A DNA stretch of 64,000 bases, taken from the NCBI RefSeq assembly GCF_032444005.1, contig NC_091282.1, forward strand, positions 261,702,001-261,766,000, written 5' to 3'. Source of the stretch: Ranitomeya imitator (lineage: Eukaryota). Positions 1-13,022 of the stretch are shown in pieces (positions within the stretch are counted from its first letter, which is position 1; every line of letters begins with the position of its first letter). A program made the translations under genes and the position numbers. A model generated the notes under the pieces. The model worked only from the letters and a program-made list of their open reading frames with translations, ran no database searches and had not been told where the DNA came from.

Positions 1-825
1 AAAAAACCCTCCCCCAAATCCAGCTTAACCCAATAGAAAAATAGTTTAACCTGTAAAAAAACATACATCATCAGTAAAAATGTTAACTTGTCCTACAAAA
101 AAAATAAGTTATAGGTGTTGGAATACATGACCCATTTCCCCACCTCCTTCCATGAACCTACCAAAGCATAACAAAATACATACATTTGCTATCATCATCA
201 TGATGTCGATTTTGATTATCAAGTTAGTTGAAATGAATAGTGAATGGTGTTTAAAAAAAACTAAAAAAATCCAAAGTTACTGTTTTGTTCATTCCACTTC
301 CCAAAAACATTAATAAAAGGAACAAAAGTGTTCTGTACCTAAAAATGGTACCACTGAAAAATATATCACCCAATATAATAGCACGATAAGCCCTCGGACA
401 GCTTCATTGAAGGAAAAAATATTAAGCTTATGGCTCTCAGAATATGCCGACGCAAAGCAAATTATTGTTTTTTCTCAAACAGCATATTTATTGTACAAAA
501 GTTATAAAAGTTATAAATATAGTGAATCACAAAATAAAAGTTAACACTATATTTGTATATACACCACAAAAGACAACAGCAGAATTGCTGTTTGTTTTCT
601 AATTCTCAATATAAATGGTTGATAAAAGTTAGGTAATAATTTATATTTACTTTAAAAATCTGCCACTGACAAATGCAATTCATTCTACAAAAAACAATCC
701 CTTATACAATTACATCATTGAAAAAATATAAGTATGCTGAATGTAATGATGTAAAGAAAACAAAATAAAAATTGTTGTCCTCCAGAGGCCCAAAATGAGC
801 CAGTTCTTAAGCAGTTTATAACTTC
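1..825. mobile_element. Right part of an AT-rich non-autonomous DNA transposon (piggyBac-like MITE family)
   Basis: Shares motifs with 12510-13022 and 50130-51191; ends near gccagttcttaagcagttta, resembling the TTAA-flanked termini of those copies. Boundaries approximate. Confidence 0.35.
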
Positions 826-1857
826 ATATTGACTTAAAACTAATGGAAAAAAACAGCAAGAAAAAAGAAAAATATATATGAAACCATTTCTGGAAGCTAC
901 TTTACAACACGTTTTGCTTGTTATGAAGCTTTTTAGTCAAAACCAGAAATAGATTCATAAAGAATGGCGAAATTAAAGGAAGACACAGAGGCATAGCTAG
1001 GGTTCTGGTTCAGGGGGGGCGAAGCTTCTGAGTGGGCCCCTAACCAGATAACCTTGATTACAACTGGGTGACGCACCCTAATAGTGGAGGAGAACCTCAG
1101 CAGATGACTGCACTGTTACTGAAGGTAACCTCTATATAACGACCAACATGGATATTACCGCCATATGGTCAGTGGTAGATACCAGTCCTACAGAACATAT
1201 AAGAGATCACTGCACAGTTACAGATAATGTCTTACCGCTGATGTTCTTTATGATGGAGTCATCACTCTTCCCGTCTTTTCCATCTGGCCCAGACCAACAT
1301 GATGACTTCTTCCAGCCATGACTCGGCTGCAGAGAATACAACAAAGACACATTTCACTTCTCAAATTCCAGCCCCATCATCATCTATTCCAAACCTGCAC
1401 AAACTCCTTATCCTACTGATACACCAATACTGAGCCGCTGCTGCCATATTTGACCTTATTACTGCCCCTGCTGTGTGGTTCTGTGTGCCCTCTAAATTCT
1501 AAAGCACCCCTCTATAATATAGTAATGTGGTGCTCGAGTGCCCTAGAAACCAGTGCCCATATTTTGCCCCCTAGAAAGTAATAATGCCCTGTGTGCCCCT
1601 TTGATAGTCACAGTAACTTGAGTTCCCCTATAACAATAAGTACCCACTTTACATTTAATTATGTCCCGAGTCTCCCCCTGTACAGCTCCCCTATACACAG
1701 TATGATGCTCTCTTATACATAACATGATGCCTCCTCACTGTATAGTACCACCCACACAGTATACTGACCTCTTAGTAGCCTCCAAACTGTTTGATGGCTC
1801 CAACACTGTAATCCCCACACTATGTGATGTCCCTCTAGATAGCCTCCATATAGTATA

Positions 1858-3718
1858 GTAACATAGTAACATAGTAACATAGTTAGTAAGGCCGAAAAAA
1901 GACATTTGTCCATCCAGTTCAGCCTATATTCCATCATAATAAATACCCAGATCTACGTCCTTCTACAGAACCTAATAATTGTATGATACAATATTGTTCT
2001 GCTCCAGGAAGACATCCAGGCCTCTCTTGAACCCCTCGACTGAGTTCGCCATCACCACCTCCTCAGGCAAGCAATTCCATATTCTCACTGCCCTAACAGT
2101 AAAGAATCCTCTTCTATGTTGGTGGAAAAACCTTCTCTCCTCCAGACGCAAAGAATGCCCCCTTGTGCCCGTCACCTTCCTTGGTATAAACAGATCCTCA
2201 GCGAGATATTTGTATTGTCCCCTTATATACTTATACATGGTTATTAGATCGCCCCTCAGTCGTCTTTTTTCTAGACTAAATAATCCTAATTTCGCTAATC
2301 TATCTGGGTATTGTAGTTCTCCCATCCCCTTTATTAATTTTGTTGCCCTCCTTTGTACTCTCTCTAGTTCCATTATATCCTTCCTGAGCACCGGTGCCCA
2401 AAACTGGACACAGTACTCCATGTGCGGTCTAACTAGGGATTTGTACAGAGGCAGTATAATGCTCTCATCATGTGTATCCAGACCTCTTTTAATGCACCCC
2501 ATGATCCTGTTTGCCTTGGCAGCTGCTGCCTGGCACTGGCTGCTCCAGGTAAGTTTATCATTAACTAGGATCCCCAAGTCCTTCTCCCTGTCAGATTTAC
2601 CCAGTGGTTTCCCGTTCAGTGTGTAATGGTGATATTGATTCCCTCTTCCCATGTGTATAACCTTACATTTATCATTGTTAAACCTCATCTGCCACCTTTC
2701 AGCCCAAGTTTCCAACTTATCCAGATCCATCTGTAGCAGAATACTATCTTCTCTTGTATTAACTGCTTTACATAGTTTTGTATCATCTGCAAATATCGAT
2801 ATTTTACTGTGTAAACCTTCTACCAGATCATTAATGAATATGTTGAAGAGAACAGGTCCCAATACTGACCCCTGCGGTACCCCACTGGTCACAGCGACCC
2901 AGTTAGAGACTATACCATTTATAACCACCCTCTGCTTTCTATCACTAAGCCAGTTACTAACCCATTTACACACATTTTCCCCCAGACCAAGCATTCTCAT
3001 TTTGTGTACCAACCTCTTGTGCGGCACGGTATCAAACGCTTTGGAAAAATCGAGATATACCACGTCCAATGACTCACCGTGGTCCAGTCTATAGCTTACC
3101 TCTTCATAAAAACTGATTAGATTGGTTTGACAGGAGCGATTTCTCATAAACCCATGCTGATATGGAGTTAAACAGTTATTCTCATTGAGATAATCCAGAA
3201 TAACATCCCTCAGAAACCCTTCAAATATTTTACCAACAATAGAGGTTAGACTTACTGGCCTATAATTTCCAGGTTCACTTTTAGAGCCCTTTTTGAATAT
3301 TGGCACCACATTTGCTATGCGCCAGTCCTGCGGAACAGACCCTGTCGCTATAGAGTCACTAAAAATAAGAAATAATGGTTTATCTATTACATTACTTAGT
3401 TCTCTTAGTACTCGTGGGTGTATGCCATCCGGACCCGGAGATTTATCTATTTTAATCTTATTTAGCCGGTTTCGCACCTCTTCTTGGGTTAGATTGGTGA
3501 CCCTTAATATAGGGTTTTCATTGTTTCTTGGGATTTCACCTAGCATTTCATTTTCCACCGTGAATACCGTGGAGAAGAAGGTGTTTAATATGTTAGCTTT
3601 TTCCTCGTCATCTACAACCATTCTTTCCTCACTATTTTTTAAGGGGCCTACATTTTCAGTTTTTATTCTTTTACTATTGATATAGTTGAAGAACAGTTTG
3701 GGATTAGTTTTACTCTCC
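1858..3718 (-). mobile_element. 5'-truncated CR1 LINE
   Basis: (TATGTTAC)n 3' microsatellite tail from 1858; open RT reading frame; TATA duplicated at 1854-1857 and 3719-3722. Confidence 0.95.
1972..3718 (-). CDS. CR1 ORF2 reverse transcriptase domain and C-terminus (5'-truncated, frame open)
   Basis: Motifs KSPGPDGIHPRVLREL, NYRPVSLTS, YLDFSKAFD, GVPQGSVLGP, FADD, DLGILV, LEKRRLRGDL. The frame is open upstream of the called Met (3621) to the truncation point. Confidence 0.95.
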
Positions 3719-3799
3719 TATAATGCACCAGATTGTCCTCAATATAGTATAATGCACTCCCCATAGGCCTACTTTATATTGTATAATGCACCCCCCATA

Positions 3800-4830
3800 G
3801 GCAAACTCTATAGCACAAGGCAGCACCCCATAGGCAGACCCTGTAGAATAAAGTAGCACCCCACAGGCAGACCCTGCAGTATAAAGCAGCACCCCTATAG
3901 GCAGACCCTGTAGTATAAGACAGTATCCCTATAGGCAGACCCTGTACTATAAGGCAGCACCCCAATAGGCAAAACCTGTAGTATAAGACAGTACCCCCAT
4001 AGGCAGATCCTGTAGTATAAGACAGCACCCCCCATAGGCAGACCCTGTAGTATAAGGCAGACCCCCCATAGGCAGACCCTGTAGTATAAGACAAACCCCC
4101 ATTGGCAGACCCTGTAGTATTAGGCAGACCTCCCACAAAGGCAGACCCTGTAGTATTAGGCAGACCCCCACATAGGCAGACCCTGTAGTATTAGGCAGAC
4201 CCCCCATAGGCAGACCCTGCAGTATTATGCAGACCCCCATAGGCAGATGCTGTAGTATTAGGCAGGCCCCCATAGGCAGACCCTGTAGTATTAGGCAGAC
4301 CCCCATAGGCAGACCCTGTAGTATTAGGCAGACCCCCATAGGCAGACCCTGTAGTATTAGGCAGACCCTGTAGTATTAGGCAGACCCCCCAAAGGCAGAC
4401 CCTGTATAATAAGGCAGACCCCCCTCAGGCAGACCCTGTAGTATTAGGCAGACCCCCCAAAGGCAGACCCTGTATAATAAGGCAGACCCCCCTCAGGCAG
4501 ACCCTGTAGTATTAGGCAGGCCCCCATAGGCAGACCCTGTAGTATTAGGCAGACCCCCATAGGCAGACCCTGTAGTATTAGGCAGACCCCCCATAGCAGA
4601 CCCTGTAGTATTAGGCAGACCCCCCATAGGTAGACCCTGTAGTATTAGGCAGACTTCCCACAAAGGCAGACCCTGTAGTATTAGGCACACCCCCACATAG
4701 GCAGACCCTGTAGTATTAGGCAGACCCCCCATAGGCAGACCGTGTAGTATTAGGCAGACCCCCACATAGGCAGACCCTGTAGTATTAGGCAGACCCCCCA
4801 TAGGCAGATTCTGTAGTATAAGGTAGAACC
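3800..4830. repeat. Minisatellite, about 33-bp unit (ataggcagaccctgtagtattaggcagaccccc)
   Basis: Direct tandem array visible in the sequence; source of the spurious GGLPNTTGSA ORFs. Confidence 0.95.
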
Positions 4831-5929
4831 CCTTAAAAAAATAAAAAAATGCTCACCTCTCCTCTTCCTGGTTCATGCGCTGCTGAGCTCCCTCTCGTCT
4901 CAGTGCTGGGCAGTGACTCATCGTGTCCACTGTCAGCGTCGCTGATGTCAGATGCTGACAGGGGGATGCTGGGGGAAGGAGCGCAGTGCTTCTTCCCTCA
5001 TCATTGCGGTCAGCTGCATCGGCTAAATGCTGGTACAGATGACCATGCGATGACAGGCTGGGGACCCACTGCTGGCACCGGGCCCCCTCGCCTGCTCAGG
5101 GGCCCCATAGCGGCCAGCAGCAGAGCAGGGAGATCAATTCTCCCTGCTCTGCAGCAGAAGATAGCTGTATCGGCGCGCTGCGCACGTTGATACAGTTACA
5201 GTAGCATAGCTCCGGATGGGCCCCCACAGAGCCAGAGGCGCCCGCTCCCTCTGCCCCCCCCCCGGTAGCTACCCTACCGGGAAGACATAAACTTTTTTTT
5301 TCTGGATCAATTTAGATTTTGGCTGAAAAAACTGAATACAAATTGTAGTGGCATTAAAAAATAATACACTTCTTGTGAAAGCCGAATTAGGTTAAGTTGA
5401 GGAATTTAGCCTTTACACATGGCCATTATATCTCTATGCGAGCCATAACAGCCATCCCTGTATGCATACTTTTACAAAGAAAGCGGTCAATCAATGATAA
5501 GACCACCCACTGGACCCAGAAAGATCAGATGATTAAATGATAGAAACACAGGTTAAACTGAATCTTTTCTCGCAAAATTTTATAAAATCAAGCTACTCTG
5601 CTCCCCCTGCTTTATAACATGATGCTTGCAGATTGGACTGCATTCTCATGGTGACTTGTTTCCTTTAAAGTTTTGACCAATCTGCTTTTTGCCAAGGGAA
5701 CTACTGTAGAATCGGTACTGCTGAGGGCCAGTAATTGATGAGGTTTCTATCACCATTGTATAATGGGCTGGGTGGTGGAACTGCTGTGCCATGGACCAAG
5801 GAAAGCCTGGAGGGGCATGACTAAGAGCCTCACCTAATCTGACCTCAGATACACAGCTGCATATGATATCATGATCTGAAAGAGGTGGACTAGGCGCTAC
5901 ACCAGGACTGACCTTGGGTAGATGACAAC

Positions 5930-6260
5930 TGACCCTCTAGGGATGGGTAGATGGGATGACCTGCAGGATGGTACAGTGGATGCAGGCAGGTGATGTAAGA
6001 ACAAGGGAACAACAGATGCAGATGGGACCAGCTGACATAGAGATGAGAACTGGCAGATGTGACTGGATTGGCTAACGTAGAGATGAGCACTAGCAGGTGC
6101 AGCGGGACAGTCTGACATAGAGATGAGCACTGGTAGGTGCAGTGTGACTGGATGACAGAGAGATGAGCACTGGCAGGTGCAGCTGGATTGGCTGATGTAG
6201 AGATGAGCACTGGCAGGTGCAGCAGACCAGCTGATAGACAGGCAGGCTGGCGCAGGTGAT
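5930..6260. repeat. Degenerate minisatellite, about 40-bp unit (gatgtagagatgagcactggcaggtgcagctggattggct)
   Basis: Several imperfect tandem copies of agagatgagcactggcaggtgcag. Confidence 0.75.
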
Positions 6261-7288
6261 CAGCTGGCGGCTGCAACTGTTAGGCAGGCAAGTGTGCGGG
6301 GATACAAGCACTGGGACCTGAGAACTAACAAAAGTGTCAGGATACAAACTTACAACATTGCAAAGGCACCTCCATGTTGGAGGAGGTACATTAAATAGTA
6401 AGCGTCATACAGCTATTGCATGGGGACACTTTTGGAGAACACATGCAGCCCCTTTAAGAAAGGGGAAGTGTGCGTGTGTGCACCCTAAGTGCTCTAAGTG
6501 CAAGGGACCTGCGTGCGGTGCACATTCACCGGGCAGCTGGAAGGAGGAGATGGAGCAGGACAGGGGCCATTGTGGTGAGTACGCTGGCGTCTCTGCACGG
6601 GGAAAGGGGCAGGAAGCAGAGATGCTGGCGCTACACATTTCACAGCTCATCCAGCAAGTTTAGCAGAAGATAGAGTGCACAAGCCACTGATATCAGGGAA
6701 CTCTTTAAATGCCAGCTAGCTTATCCCTTTTGGAGTATTATTGATGCATTGTCATAAGGTAAACTGCCAATTGGTTTTTATAAAAATTATAAATGCTAAC
6801 TAATATACATTTTATTACGTACTCTAAAAAGATTATTCCCTTCTCAGGCAGACATTCAGGGTTTAGCAGGGAATGTCTGTCTTATTGTGCTAGACATGGA
6901 TGGTTGAATTTCTGGAACTACTTAATGGGCTTTGTTATGCTCCCTTACCTCCCATAATAGTGATGTGTAACTTGCTATTCTGTTTTCTTAACTCCCATTC
7001 ACTTCAAAGGCTGTTACAAAAGCATCATAGCATAGCTCTCTTCCGCATGAAATGGATGAAGTGAGAAATAATCCTGTATCTTCATTTTCAATGTCCCATT
7101 GGTACGAGAAAATGCTATTTAGGTGCAAATATAGTATGTGTGAGGATGTTGGCCATTTCTGAACAAGTCTATGACTGGAACTTGTAAACGAGGGAATATT
7201 GGTATTTACGGATATAAAATTATAAAGGTCCACTTGTGATAAAGCCTTTACTAGCGATATAAATATATTCAGTTGATATACACATATA

Positions 7289-8900
7289 CAGGTCCTTCTC
7301 AAAAAATTAGCATATAGTGTTAAATTTCATTATTTACCATAATGTAATGATTACAATTAAACTTTCATATATTATAGATTCATTATCCACCAACTGAAAT
7401 TTGTCAGGTCTTTTATTGTTTTAATACTGATGATTTTGGCATACAACTCCTGATAACCCAAAAAACCTGTCTCAATAAATTAGCATATCAAGAAAAGGTT
7501 CTCTAAACGACCTATTACCCTAATCTTCTGAATCAACTAATTAACTCTAAACACATGCAAAAGATACCTGAGGCTTTTATAAACTCCCTGCCTGGTTCAT
7601 TACTCAAAACCCCCATCATGGGTAAGACTAGCGACCTGACAGATGTCAAGAAGGCCATCATTGACACCCTCAAGCAAGAGGGTAAGACCCAGAAAGAAAT
7701 TTCTCAACAAATAGGCTGTTCCCAGAGTGCTGTATCAAGGCACCTCAATGGTAAGTCTGTTGGAAGGAAACAATGTGGCAGAAAACACTGTACAACGAGA
7801 AGAGGAGACCGGACCCTGAGGAAGATTGTGGAGAAGGACCGATTCCAGACCTTGGGGAACCTGAGGAAGCAGTGGACTGAGTCTGGTGTGGAAACATCCA
7901 GAGCCACCGTGCACAGGCGTGTGCAGGAAATGGGCTACAGGTGCCGCATTCCCCAGGTAAAGCCACTTTTGAACCATAAACAGCGGCAGAGGCGCCTGAC
8001 CTGGGCTACAGAGAAGCAGCACTGGACTGTTGCTAAGTGGTCCCAAGTACTTTTTTCTGATGAAAGCAAATTTTGCATGTCATTCGGAAATCAAGGTGCC
8101 AGAGTCTGGAGGAAGACTGGGGAGAAGGAAATGCCAAAATGCCTGAAGTCCAGTGTCAAGTACCCACAGTCAGTGATGGTGTGGGGTGCCATGTCAGCTG
8201 CTGGTGTTGGTCCACTGTGTTTCATCAAGGGCAGGGTCAATGCAGCTAGCTATCAGGAGATTTTGGAGCACTTCATGCTTCCATCGGCTGAAATGCTTTA
8301 TGGAGATGAAGATTTCATTTTTCAGCACGACCTGGCACCTGCTCACAGTGCCAAAACCACTGGTAAATGGTTTACTGACCATGGTATTACTGTGCTCAGA
8401 TGGCCTGCCAACTCTCCTGACCTGAACCCCATAGAGAATCTGTGGGATATTGTGAAGAGAAAGTTGAGAGACGCAAGACCCAACACTCTGGATGAGCTTA
8501 AGGCCACTATTGAAGCATCCTCGGCCTCCATAACATCTCAGCAGTGTCACAGGCTGATTGCCTCCATGCCACGCCGCATTGAAGCAGTCATTTCTGCCAA
8601 AGGATTCCCGACCAAGTATTGAGTGCATAACTGAACATTATTAGTTGTTGGTTTCTTTGTTTGTTATTAAAAAACACTTTTATTTGATTGGATGGGTGAA
8701 ATATGCTAATTTATTGAGACAGGTTTTTTGGGTTATCAGGAGTTGTATGCCAAAATCATCAGTATTAAAACAATAAAAGACCTGACAAATTTCAGTTGGT
8801 GGATAATGAATCTATAATATATGAAAGTTTAATTGTAATCATTACATTATGGTAAATAATGAAATTTAACACTATATGCTAATTTTTTGAGAAGGACCTG
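7289..8900 (+). mobile_element. Full-length Tc1/mariner transposon with about 200-bp IR/DR terminal repeats
   Basis: TA TSD at 7287-7288 and 8901-8902; TIRs 7289-7488 and 8701-8900 (caggtccttctcaaaaaattagcata...), each with an internal repeat of aaattagcatat. Confidence 0.97.
7618..8622 (+). CDS. Tc1 DD34E transposase, uninterrupted (334 aa from MGKTSDL)
   Basis: N-terminal HTH, GR-R NLS-like region, [35 protein letters not shown]; 34 residues between the second D and E. The ORF track starts at an upstream in-frame ATG (7555). Confidence 0.95.
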   Translation: MGKTSDLTDVKKAIIDTLKQEGKTQKEISQQIGCSQSAVSRHLNGKSVGRKQCGRKHCTTRRGDRTLRKIVEKDRFQTLGNLRKQWTESGVETSRATVHRRVQEMGYRCRIPQVKPLLNHKQRQRRLTWATEKQHWTVAKWSQVLFSDESKFCMSFGNQGARVWRKTGEKEMPKCLKSSVKYPQSVMVWGAMSAAGVGPLCFIKGRVNAASYQEILEHFMLPSAEMLYGDEDFIFQHDLAPAHSAKTTGKWFTDHGITVLRWPANSPDLNPIENLWDIVKRKLRDARPNTLDELKATIEASSASITSQQCHRLIASMPRRIEAVISAKGFPTKY

Positions 8901-9305
8901 TAATACCTACGCATAAATACATATATATATATATGTATATATATATTACACACCCATACAACCAGCACAAAACAGCCATACCTACTCAAATCTTCCATAT
9001 GTTCCAGGGACTTAAAATATGTGTCAGACCCAGATCCATGTCATATATGAGAGTTGATGACACAAGAATTCCTAAACAAGGTAGACAACACTTTCTAGTG
9101 ACAATCTCACAGGAAAAGGCGCTGATGTCTCAAGGCCATCAGAGAAGGTGTAGTTTGCCTCCTAATAGGAAAGTGTGGCATGCACGCTAATTAGAAAGAT
9201 TGCTTCTATCAGACAGGTATAGAAAAAAGGCTTGTGAGTCACCTGTGATAAATTAGAGCTATTGCAGAATTGATTAGATGATTTATGCTTTGATCAGTGC
9301 GGTAA

Positions 9306-9599
<294 letters not shown>

Positions 9600-9799
9600 T
9601 AAAACCTTCTTTATTAAAATCCTTAGGCTGACTTTGCTCAGATGTTGGCACGTGAGTGTCTCATCTACATTATTCAAGAACACCTCTATTATTCATCATG
9701 TTTGTGTATTAAATGTTCAATTAGGCCAGTGATTATCAAAGAGTAGGAAATATTGTGGAATATTTATCATGACTTGTACCATATTTATGATGTGTGTTA

Positions 9800-10045
9800 G
9801 GCCGGCGTCACACTCAGCGCAGGGAAATACGGTCCGTTATTTACATGCGTAATGAGCAGAAACTATCCCAAAACAGTGATCCGTATGTCATCCGTAGGCA
9901 AGGTGTGGCTGCGTATTTTACGCATGTCATCCTCCGTATGTAATCCGTATGGCATGGTACTGCATTTTTTTCTCGCAACCTTGTAAAATGGACATATAAT
10001 GGATCCATGGGCTCAAATATTCGTGAAAACATATATACAGTCTAT
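9800..10045. mobile_element. Harbinger-type MITE fragment
   Basis: Terminus taggccggcgtcacac resembles the GGC..TCACA termini at 26312 and 27404; second TIR not found. Confidence 0.45.
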
Positions 10046-10062
10046 ATAAATATATATATAGA

Positions 10063-10295
10063 CAGTACAGACCAAAAGTCTGGACACACCTTCTCATTTA
10101 CAGATGTTTCTGTATTTTCATGACTATGAAAATTGTACATTCACACTGAAGGCATCAAAACTATGAATTAACACATGTGGAATTATATACTTAACAAAAA
10201 AGTGTGAAACAACTGAAATTATGTCTTAAATTCTAGGTTCTTCAAAGTAGCCACCTTTTGCTTTGATGACGGCTTTGCACACTCTTGGCATTCTC
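10063..10295 (+). mobile_element. Tc1-family 5'-terminal fragment
   Basis: cagtacagaccaaaagt.tggacacacc terminus followed by a typical Tc1 subterminal sequence (aagtagccaccttttgctttgatgac...cacactcttggcattctc); no ORF. Confidence 0.65.
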
Positions 10296-11790
10296 ATATC
10301 TCATCCTTTTTTTTATGCCTTGTCCGCCTAGGGGGTGGCATAGCTGAAAAACGCCATACCTTATTGGTCAAAAAGGCATGGCTCAACATGCGAAAAATGC
10401 ACCAAAGAATGTGCCAAAATGATTGCATACATTTATGGCACAAAGTAAGCTAACGGGGGATTTTCCTTTTTATTGTTTTCAGTTCTTTTTCTCCTGCTTC
10501 CGGCTTCCAAGAATCATAACTTTTCTATTCTTTTGTCTACATAATGTATGAGGGCAGGCTTTTTTTTGTGGGACAAGTTGCAATTTTGAATTACGCCATT
10601 TATGTTTTCACATGATGCACTGGAAAGCGGACAAAAAATTCCAAATCGCAAAAAAAGTGCAATTCCCCAATTTTTTTTTATTTGCATGTTCTTTTACTAT
10701 ACGGTAAAACTGACCTGACAATATGATTCTCAAGGTCAATACGAGTATTCCGATGCCAAAAATGTATAGTTTTTTTTTATTTAAGTGGTGAAAAAAATGA
10801 TTATGTTGCTATTCTCCAAGACCCATAATGTTTTAAATTTGGGGCTGTATAATGGCTTATTTACTGTGCCCTGAGCTGATGTTTTAATTGATACTATTTA
10901 GGGGCAATATGTTTTGATCGCCTCTTATTACATGTTATTACAATGTTGCAGTGGTCAAAAAAATTTAATTCTGACATTTTAATTTTTTTCACATTATGAC
11001 GTTTACCAATTGGATTACTTTATTTATATGTTTTGATGGATCTGAGATTTTAAATTCAGCAACACCAAGTGTTTATTTACCGTATATACTCTAAGGGGAC
11101 ATACCTTAAGGGGGCATAAAGCTGCAATCATCCGCTCGCTTGTGCTATACATAACAGCGCATCAGCACGGCTACAGTATGCCTAGTGAAAAATCACAATG
11201 TCCTAATCTCCTGTGAACACCAGGTACAGACTGACTTTCACAGGAGAATTGTCATGGCAAGCTCAGAGGTCTTCAACAGACTTCTGGCTGTCATGCCAAT
11301 CCATGATCACGATCACATCACGGGTGCTGATAGCTGCATGGATTGACGTGCCCCCCTGCTGGCATGTATTAGATGCCACTGTCAGAGGTTGATAGTGGCA
11401 TTTAACAGATTAACAGATTAATAGCAATTATCTGCCAGGAAAGTCAGGAACACGACATATCATTTAAATGTACATCATGTCTTGACAGAGTTAGGCTAAA
11501 CAGTGTTAAAATTAGACAGATTGATCAAACAATGTTAAGCACATGATACATTTGGCACATGTTAAGACTTTAGTGTCACCACTCTGTTATCAGATTAGCC
11601 AGGGCCAGGGGCTCTGCCCTGTCCCTAACGTTAGGGTTGCCTTAGCTATCTTTGCTCCCCGGATTACTTCTGATGATGGTGAAGACATTGGGGTGACATA
11701 TCTTGCTGGACTCCTGAATCAGCTCTATATCTGTCCCCCTCCCCTACCCAGAGAAGTTACAAAGTTATTAAGGTTGAAGGAAGACTTTAA

Positions 11791-12262
11791 AGGGAACCTG
11801 TCACCCCGAAAATCGTGGGTGAGGTAATCCCACCGGCATCAGGGGCTTATCTGCAGCATTCTGTAATGCTGTAGATAAGCCCCCGATGTTACCTGAAAAA
11901 GGAGAAAAAGACGTTATATTATACTCACCCAGGGGCGGTCCCACTGCTGGTCAGGTCAGATGGGCGTCTCCGGTCCGCTGCGGCGCCTTCTATCTTCATT
12001 CCATGACGTCCTCTTCTGATCTTCAGCCACGGCTCCGGCGCAGGCGTACTTTGCTCTGCCCTCTTGAGGGCAGAGGATAGTACTGCAGTGCGCAGGCGCC
12101 GGAAAGGTCAGAGGCCCGGTGCCTGCGCACTGCAGTACTTTGTCTGCCCTCAAGAGGGCAGAGCAAAGTACGCCTGCGCCGGAGCCGTGGCTGAAGATCA
12201 GAAGAGGACGTCATGGAAAGAAGATAGGAGGCGCCGCAGACCGGAGACGCCCATCCGACCTG
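11791..12262. mobile_element. Kolobok/T2-type palindromic MITE with truncated right arm
   Basis: TTAA then AGGGAACCTGTCACC terminus (same as 32703); long internal palindrome centred near 12110; right TIR absent. Confidence 0.8.
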
Positions 12263-12500
12263 GAGTCCTGGGTTCAAGCTCCACTAAGGACAACATCTGC
12301 AAAGAGTTTGTATGTTCTCTCCGTGTTTGCGTGGGTTTCCTCCGGGTTCTCCGGTTTCCTCCCACATTCCAAAGACATACTGATAGGGAATTTAGAGCCC
12401 CAACACGGACAGCGATGATAATGCGTGCAAACTGTAAAGCACTGCGGAATATGTTAGCGCTATATAAAAATAAAGATTATTATTATTATTATTATTATTA
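12263..12500 (+). mobile_element. V-SINE-like SINE, 5'-truncated
   Basis: B-box-like gggttcaag; V-domain core gtttgcgtgggtttcctccgggttctccggtttcctcccacattccaaagacat; LINE-like 3' end (agcgctatataaaaataaag) and (TAT)n tail. Confidence 0.8.
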
Positions 12501-12509
12501 AATGCAATT

Positions 12510-13022
12510 ACGGGTGATCAAAACATTGTATCTACACCAAGATGATATCAATGAAAACGTCAGCTCGGCACGCAAAAAACAAAGCCCTCACACAGGCCCA
12601 GATCACGAAAAAATGGAAATGCTACAAGTCTCGGAAAATGGCGTCATTTTTGTTTTTAAAATAAATTTTTCTCAACATTTAAGTTAAAAAGAACCTATAC
12701 ATATTTGGTGTCTGTAAAATCATAATTGCCTGGAGAATCATAATGGCAGGTCAGTTTTAGCATTTAGTGAACATGGTAAAAAAAATCATAACTATGGAAT
12801 TGCATTTTATTTTTCAATTTCACCGCACTTGGATTTTTTTTCCAGTTTTCCAGTACATGATATACTAAAACCAATGGTGTCATTCAAAAGTGCAACTTGT
12901 CCCACAAAACAAAAACCCTCACATGGCCATATTGACAGAAAAATGAAAAAGTTATAGCTCTGGGCAGAAGGGGAGCAAAAAACAAAAATGCAAAAAAGGA
13001 AAATGTCCTGGAGGTCAAGGGG
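12510..13022. mobile_element. piggyBac-like non-autonomous element, right end
   Basis: Ends ...ggtcaagggg followed by TTAA (13023-13026). Confidence 0.5.

Larger units (their letters stand above)
986..5279. mobile_element. Non-autonomous hAT element (contains a CR1 insertion and a minisatellite)
   Basis: Imperfect TIRs cagaggcatagcta / tagctaccctaccg and a perfect 8-bp TSD GGAAGACA (978-985 and 5280-5287). Colinear with the sibling copy at 24468-26212. Confidence 0.85.

Noticed and set aside
1979-3685. Plus-strand ORFs overlapping the CR1 (and similar antisense ORFs over the Gypsy, Tc1 and PLE ORFs)
   Set aside because: Antisense shadows of real transposon coding frames, with no independent motifs.
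3710-4801. Repetitive ORFs (GGLPNTTGSA, MGVCLILQGLP) as low-complexity proteins
   Set aside because: Translations of a minisatellite inside a non-autonomous hAT element; the same applies to 22855-23671, 30590-31391 and 5890-6347.
12064-12501. 145-aa ORF ending in poly-Tyr
   Set aside because: Chance frame across a MITE-SINE junction; the poly-Tyr is the (TAT)n tail.
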